Program-made: the position numbers and the translations under genes
Virus record (IMG/VR): IMGVR_UViG_3300029908_000004
Span: 43,458 to 107,457 of that record
DNA length: 64,000 nt
Source: a virus
Reading direction: 5' to 3' (one strand)
Shown here: positions 26,348-35,388 of the stretch, piece after piece
How the letters are laid out: each line of letters opens with the position of its first letter
Position numbering within the stretch: the first letter of the stretch is position 1
Notes under the pieces: model-generated
Databases searched by the model: none
Told to the model about the DNA's origin: nothing
What the model saw: only the letters and a program-made list of their open reading frames with translations

Positions 26348-27688
26348 TTAGAAATCGCTACTACCACCGCCGCCGCTGTCGGAACTGCTGCTACTGTCAA
26401 AGCTGCTACTCCCGCCGCTGTCAAAGCTAGAACTGGAATCAGAACTACCCCAACTGGATGAGCCACCAGACTCGCTTTCACGATCTGGTTCTGGATCTGG
26501 AGCTCTGTACGTTGATTCTTCTCGTCTTGGTTCTTCGCGACGAATCTCTTCCACACGTGGTCGATTGTTTATAGATTCGCCGATGAGAACACCAGTCAAT
26601 AAATCATTGTTGGGAGTTGATGTCGGTGTTGGTTCATAAGTCGGTCTTTGTTCTATGTTATGGTGCTGGTGATGATGCCTAACTTGGTTGTATCCAGTGG
26701 TATCATTTACATCGGCAGTGTCAATGGGGGGTCCTTGTTCAGCCGGCTGTTCCGTTGCCATTGGGCTCTGTACATATTTGTGTGCTGAACGTAGAGACTC
26801 GAACTTATCGATGAGGATTCGATATTCTTTGGTAATGGCTTGATAACCATCTTCTGTCATACTTTGTTTGGGGTCCATCGAGTCTGAGTTCTCCATATTG
26901 GAAAACTCTTCCATATACGTATCAAACATATCTTGAATGGATTTCTCTGGTGGATCACTCTGGAACGCTGATTTGAGGGTAAGAACTAGCGCAATACATT
27001 GATTCTTTGTAACTTGAGCTAACCTCTTCGCTTTTGCTTTGGCATCTCTTATTTCTGCCCAACGGGTGCAAGCGATATACCCTGCGGCAATAATGAAGAT
27101 TAAGAACCCCAATCCAAGACACCATAGTAGTACAGTCCATAAACCTTTATAGTCCGTTGCTTGGACATTGGTTGTGTTCTGGACTGGGTGTAGAGCTTCA
27201 TCTTTGGAAGCCGCTAATCGAAGTGAGAATTGTTCGATACCAGTAGACATGCCAAGTGCATAGTTACCGTCTTTGAATCTTGGGATCATATAGGACGTCA
27301 TGATCCGGTTCCAATTTCCGTCTAGTGCGGAATGCCAAGCGGAACCATACATTATTCCTACTTTATGATTCCCGGCTAACATAAAAACAATGAGTGTACT
27401 TTTACGTCCACCGCTGCCACTTTCCCAAGAGGCACATTGGTTCTCCATCTGTTTTTCTGTGATATCGAGGTTGGTGCTATACCCGACTGTCCTTATTCGG
27501 ACATCAGCGCCTTGTTGAACCAACCTGTTCGCAGCGGTTTCTACTGTTGTAATACCTTTTCCAAACAGATTTGCTTGGTCAATGACAATGTTGTCACACA
27601 ATAGAGATTGAGCCATGACCCAACCTGACGTTGAAAACACCATCATCATAACCAACAACGTATACATTGTCAGCTTTGAACTTTTCAT
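26348..27688 (-). CDS. TPM-domain protein (YgcG-like): signal peptide, TPM domain, TM helix, Gly/Ser-rich C-terminal tail
   Basis: Signal peptide, TPM-like block (VIDQANLFG...VRIRTV), central TM (LWTVLLWCLGLGFLIFIIAAGYIA), C-terminal GGSSSWGSSDSSSSFDSGGSSSFD...GGGGSS tail. Sits 16 nt upstream of pspA. Confidence 0.7.
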   Translation of the reverse strand: MKSSKLTMYTLLVMMMVFSTSGWVMAQSLLCDNIVIDQANLFGKGITTVETAANRLVQQGADVRIRTVGYSTNLDITEKQMENQCASWESGSGGRKSTLIVFMLAGNHKVGIMYGSAWHSALDGNWNRIMTSYMIPRFKDGNYALGMSTGIEQFSLRLAASKDEALHPVQNTTNVQATDYKGLWTVLLWCLGLGFLIFIIAAGYIACTRWAEIRDAKAKAKRLAQVTKNQCIALVLTLKSAFQSDPPEKSIQDMFDTYMEEFSNMENSDSMDPKQSMTEDGYQAITKEYRILIDKFESLRSAHKYVQSPMATEQPAEQGPPIDTADVNDTTGYNQVRHHHQHHNIEQRPTYEPTPTSTPNNDLLTGVLIGESINNRPRVEEIRREEPRREESTYRAPDPEPDRESESGGSSSWGSSDSSSSFDSGGSSSFDSSSSSDSGGGGSSDF

Positions 27689-27740
27689 ACACTCCACCTC
27701 CAAGTGGATCGGGAGGGTTGTTACACCCTCCCTTTACTAG

Positions 27741-28040
27741 TTAGTAGTCGTTGATTACGTCGTCGCCATCAAAGTTACCGATATCGGTGTCGTCGGGTTC
27801 GTTGACAGGGGTCTTCTCAGGGATCCCAACTGGTTCCGATGGAGGAGTAGCAATTGGAGGCTTAACCTCTGGGGCTACTGGCGCTCCTTTCACTTTCTTC
27901 TTCTCTAGCTTCTTGACGCTCGGTTCTTTCACATCCGGTTTAACGGTCTCGACAACTTTCTTCGTTGTCTTCGGGACATCCTTCTTTACGACTTTCTTGG
28001 ATGCCTTCTTCTTGGTGACTACTGCTTTCTTTTTGGGCAT
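27741..28040 (-). CDS. Lys-rich histone H1-like basic protein (99 aa)
   Basis: KK/KKV repeats with PKKKA motifs over the first 60 aa, acidic C-terminus. Confidence 0.55.
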   Translation of the reverse strand: MPKKKAVVTKKKASKKVVKKDVPKTTKKVVETVKPDVKEPSVKKLEKKKVKGAPVAPEVKPPIATPPSEPVGIPEKTPVNEPDDTDIGNFDGDDVINDY

Positions 28041-28106
28041 TGCTTTCTCCGAAAGGACAAGATAAATTCCCTGTCTCTTTTTCAGCGCTTACAACTGAAC
28101 TTAATA

Positions 28107-28367
28107 TTAGTTTTTTCTTTTATCTTTTGTTAATCTTCTAAAGTGTTGTGAAATAGTGGTTACAACTTCATCGATCACCACTATAACTAACACGATTAAG
28201 GCGAAGGGTATCGTTATAACCCAACTTATATAGAAAGGGAGGAGTACTAACCACCAAGACCATGTAATTATATGACATAGTTTGAGTACAACAAAAACTA
28301 TGCCTAATACCCCAAATATTGGGTTTAGATTTACATGAACGGTTGAAACTCTCGATGCGTTAGGCAT
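28107..28367 (-). CDS. small membrane protein (86 aa)
   Basis: Three predicted TM helices. Confidence 0.5.
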   Translation of the reverse strand: MPNASRVSTVHVNLNPIFGVLGIVFVVLKLCHIITWSWWLVLLPFYISWVITIPFALIVLVIVVIDEVVTTISQHFRRLTKDKRKN

Positions 28368-28448
28368 TTCCTCCCCTTATACTACTTAGCTTTAGCAGGG
28401 TTCTGTTTAGTAGCGCACCTATTGCTAAGTCCAAGTATTGGAACATAG

Positions 28449-28673
28449 TTAACGACTTGCTAAAGACTGTTCTCGTCTAATTTTCGCCCAAGCAACATAT
28501 GCCGCCACGGCTTGTGTAGAAATACTAAATGCCTTACCAATATTTGTACAAGTATACCCCTTCTTGTGCAAATCTACCATCGTCTTCTTGTCTGTATTAC
28601 TGATGGTCACTTTCTTGGTAGGCTTTTTGTTACCTAACTTCTTTGTGCTCATTATTTCCTCGTTACGCACCAT
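28449..28673 (-). CDS. small HTH DNA-binding protein
   Basis: Helix-turn-helix-like MVDLHKKGYTCTNIGKAFSISTQAVAAYVAW with basic N-terminus. Confidence 0.5.
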   Translation of the reverse strand: MVRNEEIMSTKKLGNKKPTKKVTISNTDKKTMVDLHKKGYTCTNIGKAFSISTQAVAAYVAWAKIRREQSLASR

Positions 28674-29296
28674 CCAAATGTATGCATGGTGTAAATACCA
28701 CTCTTGTAAGAGAAGTTTATATCTTCTCCGAGATTGGTTAGTTCATAGCCACCGCATATGGCTAATCCTTTTACAACTAGATTTATCTCATCTCGCGAGA
28801 ATTTCGGGTTGTAATACCTATCGGAACCCATTGATGCCATAGTGCGGTCGGCAACTGTCATAAACAGCAGGGCTTCGTCAGATAATCTACGTCTATTAAA
28901 TAGTAGTGTTAAATCCTCTACTATTTTCATACAAAAGTGACAGCAAAAGTCTAGATTAGCACCGTTAAACACTGTATCTGTTGTACGTATAAATTCGTTA
29001 AAACTTATCGGCTTGTCTGGTAGAACAGCGGAAAGATGATGAATATTTCTCTTCTTTTCCTCTAATCCACTCGATCTATTCTCGACGATGTGGACTCGTC
29101 CAAACAAGAGGGCGACTTCGTCATAGTCGGACATGTCGTCTGCTGCGAACCAGATATATTCACCTCTAGCAGACGATCGAAGAGCGGAGATATATCTAAG
29201 CCATCCAATTCTCGAACGCCTTTTTCCGTCAGTATCGAGCTGCTCTCGTTGAGAACGCGTGCGCCGAAGACTACGTTCTCGAATATCGAGATCCAT
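28652..29296 (-). CDS. hypothetical protein (214 aa)
   Basis: Intact ORF. Overlaps the 3' 235 nt of ORF 29062-29841 in another frame. Confidence 0.5.
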   Translation of the reverse strand: MDLDIRERSLRRTRSQREQLDTDGKRRSRIGWLRYISALRSSARGEYIWFAADDMSDYDEVALLFGRVHIVENRSSGLEEKKRNIHHLSAVLPDKPISFNEFIRTTDTVFNGANLDFCCHFCMKIVEDLTLLFNRRRLSDEALLFMTVADRTMASMGSDRYYNPKFSRDEINLVVKGLAICGGYELTNLGEDINFSYKSGIYTMHTFGWCVTRK

Positions 29297-29841
29297 ATCG
29301 CTCTTGCCTCCATTAACTTTGGTTTAAGTTCTTTATGTAAAGACAAGAGTTTGTCTATTGAAACGTTCAGTTCTTTATCACCCTCTGGATGCTTCACCTT
29401 CTCGTTGTATTGATGAACGTTAAGACCTAACAATGAGATTTCCTCACATAACTGATTATGTATGACATATCTCTTTTCTTTCTTGTCTTTGTTTGTTGTA
29501 AGTTTCTTACTCCCCGGGGTAACCAAGCGGAATTTCTTTCCCCGCTTCTCAATCTTGAACCCAGTTGGTATAGTTGGAATGAACCCTTCGTCAATACATA
29601 TTCTCACGGCAGAGCGAATGGCACTAACACAAGCTTTGATAGTAGCCGCGCTCAAATGATTTGGGTCCCCAGTTCCTACTCTACAAGTGTTTGTGAATAA
29701 ATCACAAGCCTTATCGAGCTCTGCTACGGAGAAATCAAAGCACTCTTTAGCATGGTTTTTAACCATATCAAGTTGAGCTTTGCTTTTTGGTTTCTTCCCA
29801 ACTATATATTTATACACATCAGCTAGTGTCTGCTCAGCCAT
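29062..29841 (-). CDS. hypothetical protein with integrase-SAM-like DNA-binding segment
   Basis: Segment SAATIKACVSAIRSAVRICIDEGFIPTIP resembles the phage-integrase N-terminal SAM-like domain, but no catalytic RHRY domain follows. The 3' part overlaps the next ORF (possible run-through or frameshift). Confidence 0.45.
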   Translation of the reverse strand: MAEQTLADVYKYIVGKKPKSKAQLDMVKNHAKECFDFSVAELDKACDLFTNTCRVGTGDPNHLSAATIKACVSAIRSAVRICIDEGFIPTIPTGFKIEKRGKKFRLVTPGSKKLTTNKDKKEKRYVIHNQLCEEISLLGLNVHQYNEKVKHPEGDKELNVSIDKLLSLHKELKPKLMEARAIWISIFENVVFGARVLNESSSILTEKGVRELDGLDISPLFDRLLEVNISGSQQTTCPTMTKSPSCLDESTSSRIDRVD

Positions 29842-29852
29842 ATGGACCTTCC

Positions 29853-31364
29853 TTACACGTCTTTTAGGACGGTGAATGAATCCTTTCGTTTCCTTCTATG
29901 ACAATTTGTACACATTATGAACTCTTTTGTATCATTTTTACAATTGTATTCTTCCCTGATAGTGGTTTTTACCATTCCATGAGGATAATTTATCTCATTA
30001 CTGTTTTTATCCTTCATCCTAACCCCAGTAGTGAACATCATAGTTCCTTTACATTTGGGGCACTTTGCTGCTATACGGATAACCTTGGATTGGTCGGAGA
30101 AGAATCCAGTTTTCAGAAGTCTATTGACATGTTTATACCAAACTTCACAGATTGCTTTCTTAATTGAATCTTTACCATAACTAGGGTTCTCTAGTTGATA
30201 GTCAAAAGCACGCTCCAACATTCTTTTATATTCATTACTGGGGGTGAATCCCCACTCGGTGAGATCGTCGCCAGTAACCAATGGTTTGGGGAATCCAAGA
30301 GTCTTAGCAGCAGTTATATACCCTATGGTATTCTCCATATTTATAGAGATGATCTTAGCATTAACTAGAATCCATAGTAATTCTATAGCTCTGTTTATAT
30401 TTGGCTTGTTGGCAAGCTTCCTTCTTTCACATAGTGAAGTAAGCCTATTAGACCTAAGATCAATTACTATTTGCACCATCTCTGAGATTGTATTTCTGTC
30501 TTCGTTAGAGAATTTGAGATATTTTAATACATCCCCAATATTCCAATATATACCAGTTGTATACAAAAGACAACACCATGCTAAGATTGGATCTTTAACT
30601 TGTCCAATCTTGTCGAAATTGACAGTTTGATCTACTATATTAAAAAGGGAATTTGGTTGTTGCTCATAGATTTTGGTGTATAAATTAGTTCTCTGAAGAC
30701 AGAACAAAGCGTCACCGACGTGTTCCCCCGTTATGAGCTTTGTCATTTCGTCTCTAACACGTTCTCGCGAAACCCTAATCATCAAATTTGCATTATTACG
30801 AATTGCTCGTAATGTCTCAAATTCTATCTGAAACCCAAGTTGTGACACGAATCTAACAGCTCTTAACATTCGAAGAGGATCCTCTTGGAAACGAATGTTA
30901 GGGTCACCAATACAACCAATCCTTCGTATTGATATATCATATTTACCACCAACATAATCAATAACTTCCATTGACTCTGGGTTCATCAATATCCCATTCA
31001 TCCTAAAATCTCTACGACCAGCGTCAATACATTCTTGATCAGTAAATATAACACTATCCGGTCTACGAAGGTCTGAATACTCAGTAGAATCACTTCTCAA
31101 TGTAGCTACTTCTATGGAGTGATCTACACCATCTATATCAACAAGGACTTTTACAACTCCGAATTCTACTCCAATTGGAATATTGTGGGGAAATAGATCC
31201 ATTACTTCATTGGGTTTAGCTGAAGTACATATATCAAAGTCTTTCGGTTCCTTGTTCATAAGAAGGTTTCTAACACACCTACCTACAAGGAAGACTTTGA
31301 AGTTATTTTGCTTTAACGTCTTAGCTACTTTCCTAGCAGCTTCTAAACTACTTATCTCTGGCAT
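29853..31364 (-). CDS. cca: CCA-adding tRNA nucleotidyltransferase with C-terminal zinc ribbon
   Basis: Head-domain motifs VFLVGRCVRNLLMNKEPKDFDICTSAKPNEV and RRDFRMNGILMNP (Pol-beta/PolyA_pol family). C-terminal CPKC...CTNCH. Start placed at the ATG with an AGGA SD. Confidence 0.85.
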   Translation of the reverse strand: MPEISSLEAARKVAKTLKQNNFKVFLVGRCVRNLLMNKEPKDFDICTSAKPNEVMDLFPHNIPIGVEFGVVKVLVDIDGVDHSIEVATLRSDSTEYSDLRRPDSVIFTDQECIDAGRRDFRMNGILMNPESMEVIDYVGGKYDISIRRIGCIGDPNIRFQEDPLRMLRAVRFVSQLGFQIEFETLRAIRNNANLMIRVSRERVRDEMTKLITGEHVGDALFCLQRTNLYTKIYEQQPNSLFNIVDQTVNFDKIGQVKDPILAWCCLLYTTGIYWNIGDVLKYLKFSNEDRNTISEMVQIVIDLRSNRLTSLCERRKLANKPNINRAIELLWILVNAKIISINMENTIGYITAAKTLGFPKPLVTGDDLTEWGFTPSNEYKRMLERAFDYQLENPSYGKDSIKKAICEVWYKHVNRLLKTGFFSDQSKVIRIAAKCPKCKGTMMFTTGVRMKDKNSNEINYPHGMVKTTIREEYNCKNDTKEFIMCTNCHRRKRKDSFTVLKDV

Positions 31365-31489
31365 ATATTCCTTGTTCAATCTTATCCCAAGTACTCAGGA
31401 CTAAAAGGGGGTAGTGTAAGTTATAAAGTAGTAAAGTACACTACCCTTCGTATTTGTCTACTTCTGACCACCAAACCATCATGGCTTGT

Positions 31490-32407
31490 CTACTTGTTTG
31501 GAATTCCAATCAGAAAGTTTCCACCCTTGTCACCACCGGATAGATACTCTGGCATACGACCATCCCAACGCCAAATAGCAGCATTCTGGTTATCCAGTGC
31601 TCTCATATTTAAGATGTTTGGTGTGATTGAAGCGTTCCTGATTCTATTGGCTTCCGCTTCACCAGTAGCCTTGGTAATCTGTGCCTTAGCTTCACCCTCA
31701 GACTGAGCAACTAGTTTAGCTGCATCAGCTTGCACCTGAATAAGCTCAATCTGCTTCTTCTGTGCAACTTGATTTGCCTGTGCCTTATTGTTGATAGCAT
31801 CGATTACTGATTGAGGTGGCCTTGGTGCTCCGATGAACCCGAACTGAGTAAGCTCAGCTCCATACTCTAATACTTGGCTTTGAACGCATTTCTTGGTTTC
31901 TTCAATGAAAACTGCGTTATCACCCATAACTTGTTCGATGCCATACTTGCCGGCATGTTCATTGAAGCAGTCTCTTGCTATGTTTCTAAGGAACCCGTGA
32001 GTGAATTTCGTATCAATTTCTTTTTCGTCGTGTGCCAAGAACTTTACATAGAAGTATGGAACTTTCTCTGCATGTAGGAAATAACTCAATGAGATATCAG
32101 CACCAATTACCATTGAATCTTTGTTGGTAAAGGTGATACTCTCGTCGATTGGCTTGCCCTCGTTGGGGCTTGCAGTCCATTTCGCTGTCTGCATGGAGGT
32201 TGGGTATTCATACACACTCTCGGTAATTGGGTTATAAAACACCCAGCCAGTACGAACAGGGGTATCCGTTACCCCTTTGCTTGAACCTGCCATGTTTACA
32301 ACAATTCCGACATGTCCCGGTCCAACTGACGTCCAGCCACAACCGGTTAGGAGACAAGCGGATAAGATAGTAACAATCAAGCTAAGATTCGCTGTGTTTA
32401 GTTTCAT
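31490..32407 (-). CDS. SPFH/Band-7 (stomatin/HflK-like) lipoprotein
   Basis: Lipobox LLTGC after the signal peptide. SPFH core (PGHVGIVVNM...). Ala/Gln/Glu-rich coiled-coil tail (AQSEGEAKAQITKATGEAEANRIR). AAGGAG SD at the trimmed start. Confidence 0.8.
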   Translation of the reverse strand: MKLNTANLSLIVTILSACLLTGCGWTSVGPGHVGIVVNMAGSSKGVTDTPVRTGWVFYNPITESVYEYPTSMQTAKWTASPNEGKPIDESITFTNKDSMVIGADISLSYFLHAEKVPYFYVKFLAHDEKEIDTKFTHGFLRNIARDCFNEHAGKYGIEQVMGDNAVFIEETKKCVQSQVLEYGAELTQFGFIGAPRPPQSVIDAINNKAQANQVAQKKQIELIQVQADAAKLVAQSEGEAKAQITKATGEAEANRIRNASITPNILNMRALDNQNAAIWRWDGRMPEYLSGGDKGGNFLIGIPNK

Positions 32408-32657
32408 TTTCGTTCTCCTTGTGATACTGAAGTTGTAGGTAATGATATGTTTCTCCAAACAATTTATAACTCCAAGAACTTGCGTACTTCCAACTGATGA
32501 ACAAACTAATCAATACAACAAACAGCCCAAAGAAAGCCAATAGAGTACTGGGAGCGGATAAGGCAACAAACCCCCAATTCATGACATATAACCCAGCGCA
32601 TGTTACAACTACAATCTTGAGAGATTGTATAAGGAAGTGCCACCAGAATCTATTCAT
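32382..32657 (-). CDS. small two-TM membrane protein upstream of SPFH (NfeD-like partner?)
   Basis: Two hydrophobic helices (IVVVTCAGLYVMNWGFVALS, LLAFFGLFVVLISLFISW). Position mirrors NfeD-SPFH operons. Confidence 0.5.
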   Translation of the reverse strand: MNRFWWHFLIQSLKIVVVTCAGLYVMNWGFVALSAPSTLLAFFGLFVVLISLFISWKYASSWSYKLFGETYHYLQLQYHKENENETKHSES

Positions 32658-32741
32658 ACAATAATCTCCTTAGTTTCATCTAGCATCCCATTCGCTACAA
32701 TGAATAGGTATTACTTTTATCTTATTTTCCCCGCCACGCTA

Positions 32742-33269
32742 TTAAAAGTCTTCGTCAACACAACGCACGGGAATGACTCTTACTCCTTCTCTTCTCCACA
32801 TATCAACAACCCGTTTACGATCCTCAATGGCGAACAGAATTTGATCTTTTCCTCTTGGTAATGAGTTAACTAACTCATTCAGAATTTCCTTTTTTACTAC
32901 GTCGCCTGGTCTCTTATCCCCTTCCCAACAGAAGAATATCCAAGAGAAAGGAATGTCATATTTTCTTAACCACTCTACGGACAGATCCCCTGTTGTGAAA
33001 GAAGGGCGGCCAGATATGATGACGATACTACAATCTTGAGAGATTGTCCGTACCCAAGAAGCTATAATGTCCACTGGAAGGTCATTACACGCTTCTATGT
33101 GAAATTGTTTGAAGTTTTTAGGATGAGATTTAACGTAGTGTAGTCTATGACTACAGTCTGACAGTGTTCCGTCTAGATCAACAATCACTACTGGTTTTTC
33201 TCCCCATTCTATCTTGTTCTCCAGTAATAACACTCTGGACTTTTCAACACTGTTACGACATGGTTTCAT
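32742..33269 (-). CDS. HAD-superfamily phosphatase
   Basis: Motif I VVIVDLDGTL, later ISGRP and a C-terminal D-containing motif. Size and motifs fit PNK-phosphatase/nucleotidase-type HAD proteins. Confidence 0.6.
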   Translation of the reverse strand: MKPCRNSVEKSRVLLLENKIEWGEKPVVIVDLDGTLSDCSHRLHYVKSHPKNFKQFHIEACNDLPVDIIASWVRTISQDCSIVIISGRPSFTTGDLSVEWLRKYDIPFSWIFFCWEGDKRPGDVVKKEILNELVNSLPRGKDQILFAIEDRKRVVDMWRREGVRVIPVRCVDEDF

Positions 33270-33458
33270 CCTTGCTTACAGCTTCCTCTTCATTCTTTCT
33301 GAACCAAGGTTATCAGGTTATTTGGTGACATCCTCAAACTCTTGACTCCCTACTCAAATGCCAGTTATTATAACCTGGCACAAAAGAATTACGCCAATGA
33401 CAATACATGCCCATTTGACAATCTTTAGGACTCTTCTCATCTCTCCCTGCTTGGTTTA

Positions 33459-33770
33459 CTAGCTACCGTACGGTCTTAGATCTGTTTTGGGAGGTATTGG
33501 TGGCGTTAACTTTCTGCTCCAACTTATTTCGTCTTCTGCGTAGTTGATCAAATATGCCAGTCCAAACAAGGAAGCTACTAAAGCTAGCTTGTTTAGTTTG
33601 AGGATTAACAGCACGATAGCAATTGGAAAGAATCCCCATTGCAGGGTATAACCCATCCAATTCTTCCGTCTTGGCATGCGAATCTCCTTACCTTCCATTA
33701 CAATCCCAACCCGTGGGGATATGTGTGGGCGAATTGTTACTACAACAGCCTTTGTTTTAACTACTGCCAT
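33459..33770 (-). CDS. small membrane protein (103 aa)
   Basis: Two TM helices. Confidence 0.45.
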   Translation of the reverse strand: MAVVKTKAVVVTIRPHISPRVGIVMEGKEIRMPRRKNWMGYTLQWGFFPIAIVLLILKLNKLALVASLFGLAYLINYAEDEISWSRKLTPPIPPKTDLRPYGS

Positions 33771-33851
33771 ACCATTTACTCTTTCTGTGTTCGTACGACA
33801 TTAACAGTGTTAACGTTTAGGGATTGTTGTCATTTAGGGTTGTTGTTTAGG

Positions 33852-34124
33852 TCATACCCCGGAGTACTTATCTTTCCAAGGCTTGTAGATTTGATACCAA
33901 AGTCTTAGGCCACCGTATCCAAGAGGCAATAGAACTGCTCCAGTGGCTACGACAGCACTTGTTGATGCTACGAACCCAGCCATTTCTTTCTTCTCAGCAA
34001 ATGTCATGGGTTCCCTGTGTTCAGGTTCTGGTATTGGTTTTCCCTTTGTTCTGAGAACTATTACAATACCAGAACCAAGAACAACTAAAAAGAGGATGTA
34101 CATCAAAATGGATACATCTCCCAT
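33852..34124 (-). CDS. small membrane protein
   Basis: Start trimmed to MGDVSILMYILFLVVLGSG; two TM helices. Confidence 0.4.
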   Translation of the reverse strand: MGDVSILMYILFLVVLGSGIVIVLRTKGKPIPEPEHREPMTFAEKKEMAGFVASTSAVVATGAVLLPLGYGGLRLWYQIYKPWKDKYSGV

Positions 34125-34126
34125 GG

Positions 34127-34783
34127 TTATTCCTCGGGTACCCCTTTTCCAACTTCTGATTCTTTTGGCTCTTCTGCCGTAACTTCTGCTACGTCCCCCT
34201 CTTTGGGCACCGGCCCGTCGCAACCTCCTGCCTCCCACGCCCCTCCAGCGGTCGCGCTGGGAGCGCCCGCAGCGTGCTCTTCCATGGTGGCGTTCAGCTC
34301 ATCAGCGAAATCAATTGACTTCTGAAGTCTGATGAACAAGCGGAACAATGGATAAGACAGTTCGTTCTGGTGTTTGTCCAACCAACCTTCCAGAACTGCC
34401 CTGTTTATATCAACTTTGCTTTCCGCTTCTTCGAGGGTTGCAGGTTTTACCATGTCTTCAACTATCTTTTCCTTGAAGTCTTGACTTCTTTCGATGAGCT
34501 CTCCTAGCTCCGTTTCAGAGGGGTCTACCCCAAATAACTCGATCGAAAGAACCTTAACCAAATGTTCTGCCTCTTCTGGTTCAAGAGCAACCTGCAAAAC
34601 CATTGGTTCAGTGTACCCAGTGCTGTGATTTGGGACGAGACGCCAAGCTCTTAGGCAATAACCAATCGTCCCAAGCATCCTCTGGCTGAACTCGATCAGA
34701 TCAATCTTATGGGTAGGCGTATCGAGTATACCTGCTAACTTCGTCTCGATCTCTTGTGTTGCACGGCTTCCACCTAAGCTCAC
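34127..34783 (-). CDS. hypothetical protein (218 aa)
   Basis: Intact ORF, acidic. Confidence 0.5.
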   Translation of the reverse strand: MSLGGSRATQEIETKLAGILDTPTHKIDLIEFSQRMLGTIGYCLRAWRLVPNHSTGYTEPMVLQVALEPEEAEHLVKVLSIELFGVDPSETELGELIERSQDFKEKIVEDMVKPATLEEAESKVDINRAVLEGWLDKHQNELSYPLFRLFIRLQKSIDFADELNATMEEHAAGAPSATAGGAWEAGGCDGPVPKEGDVAEVTAEEPKESEVGKGVPEE

Positions 34784-34950
34784 TTGTTCCTCCTTGATTT
34801 CCGGTTAAGTTAACTCTGAGAACTTCTCTCTCGATTGTGAGAGGGGTAGTCCGTTTCTCACATCGTTTACAGCGTCGGCACATTTCATACTAGCTGCAAT
34901 AACGATTACTATCCAGAAAAATAAGCGGAGGACATTCAACAATACGCTCA

Positions 34951-35382
34951 TTATTCCTCCTGTTCTTCCTCTTCTACTTCGATTGCGTTGGCTACAGCAA
35001 CGGTTGTTGGTCCAACGTTGTTTTTGGCTATTGTTTCAGTCCGATGTACCGTTGCACTATACCCGGACTGACCTTCATAGACGTTCACGTATACCGTTTT
35101 TCTAACCCGTTTTGGTGCCATATACAACAATCCTGAGGTGCCAGAACTAATCCCATCCAAAGAGGAAGTTATTATTTTCCTTGATGCAGAGTGTAATTCC
35201 AACATAACTGGTCTAACAGATAACAATACCCGAGTTAAGACATATACTGTAGTTCTGTCTTTCTCTAGGCAGACCGCATCAAGGCTTAGCACTCTCTTCA
35301 AATCAAACGGTTTCAGTGGCTTCTTCTCTCGTTCTTCCGCTGGCTTCTCGTCACCATTCTCCCCATTTGGGGTATCTGACAT
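34951..35382 (-). CDS. hypothetical protein, paralog A with conserved C-terminal YVNVY...GY...EEEE domain
   Basis: C-terminus RKTVYVNVYEGQSGYSATV...VAVANAIEVEEEEQEE aligns with the C-terminus of the next gene. Confidence 0.55.
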   Translation of the reverse strand: MSDTPNGENGDEKPAEEREKKPLKPFDLKRVLSLDAVCLEKDRTTVYVLTRVLLSVRPVMLELHSASRKIITSSLDGISSGTSGLLYMAPKRVRKTVYVNVYEGQSGYSATVHRTETIAKNNVGPTTVAVANAIEVEEEEQEE

Positions 35383-35388
35383 GGTTCT

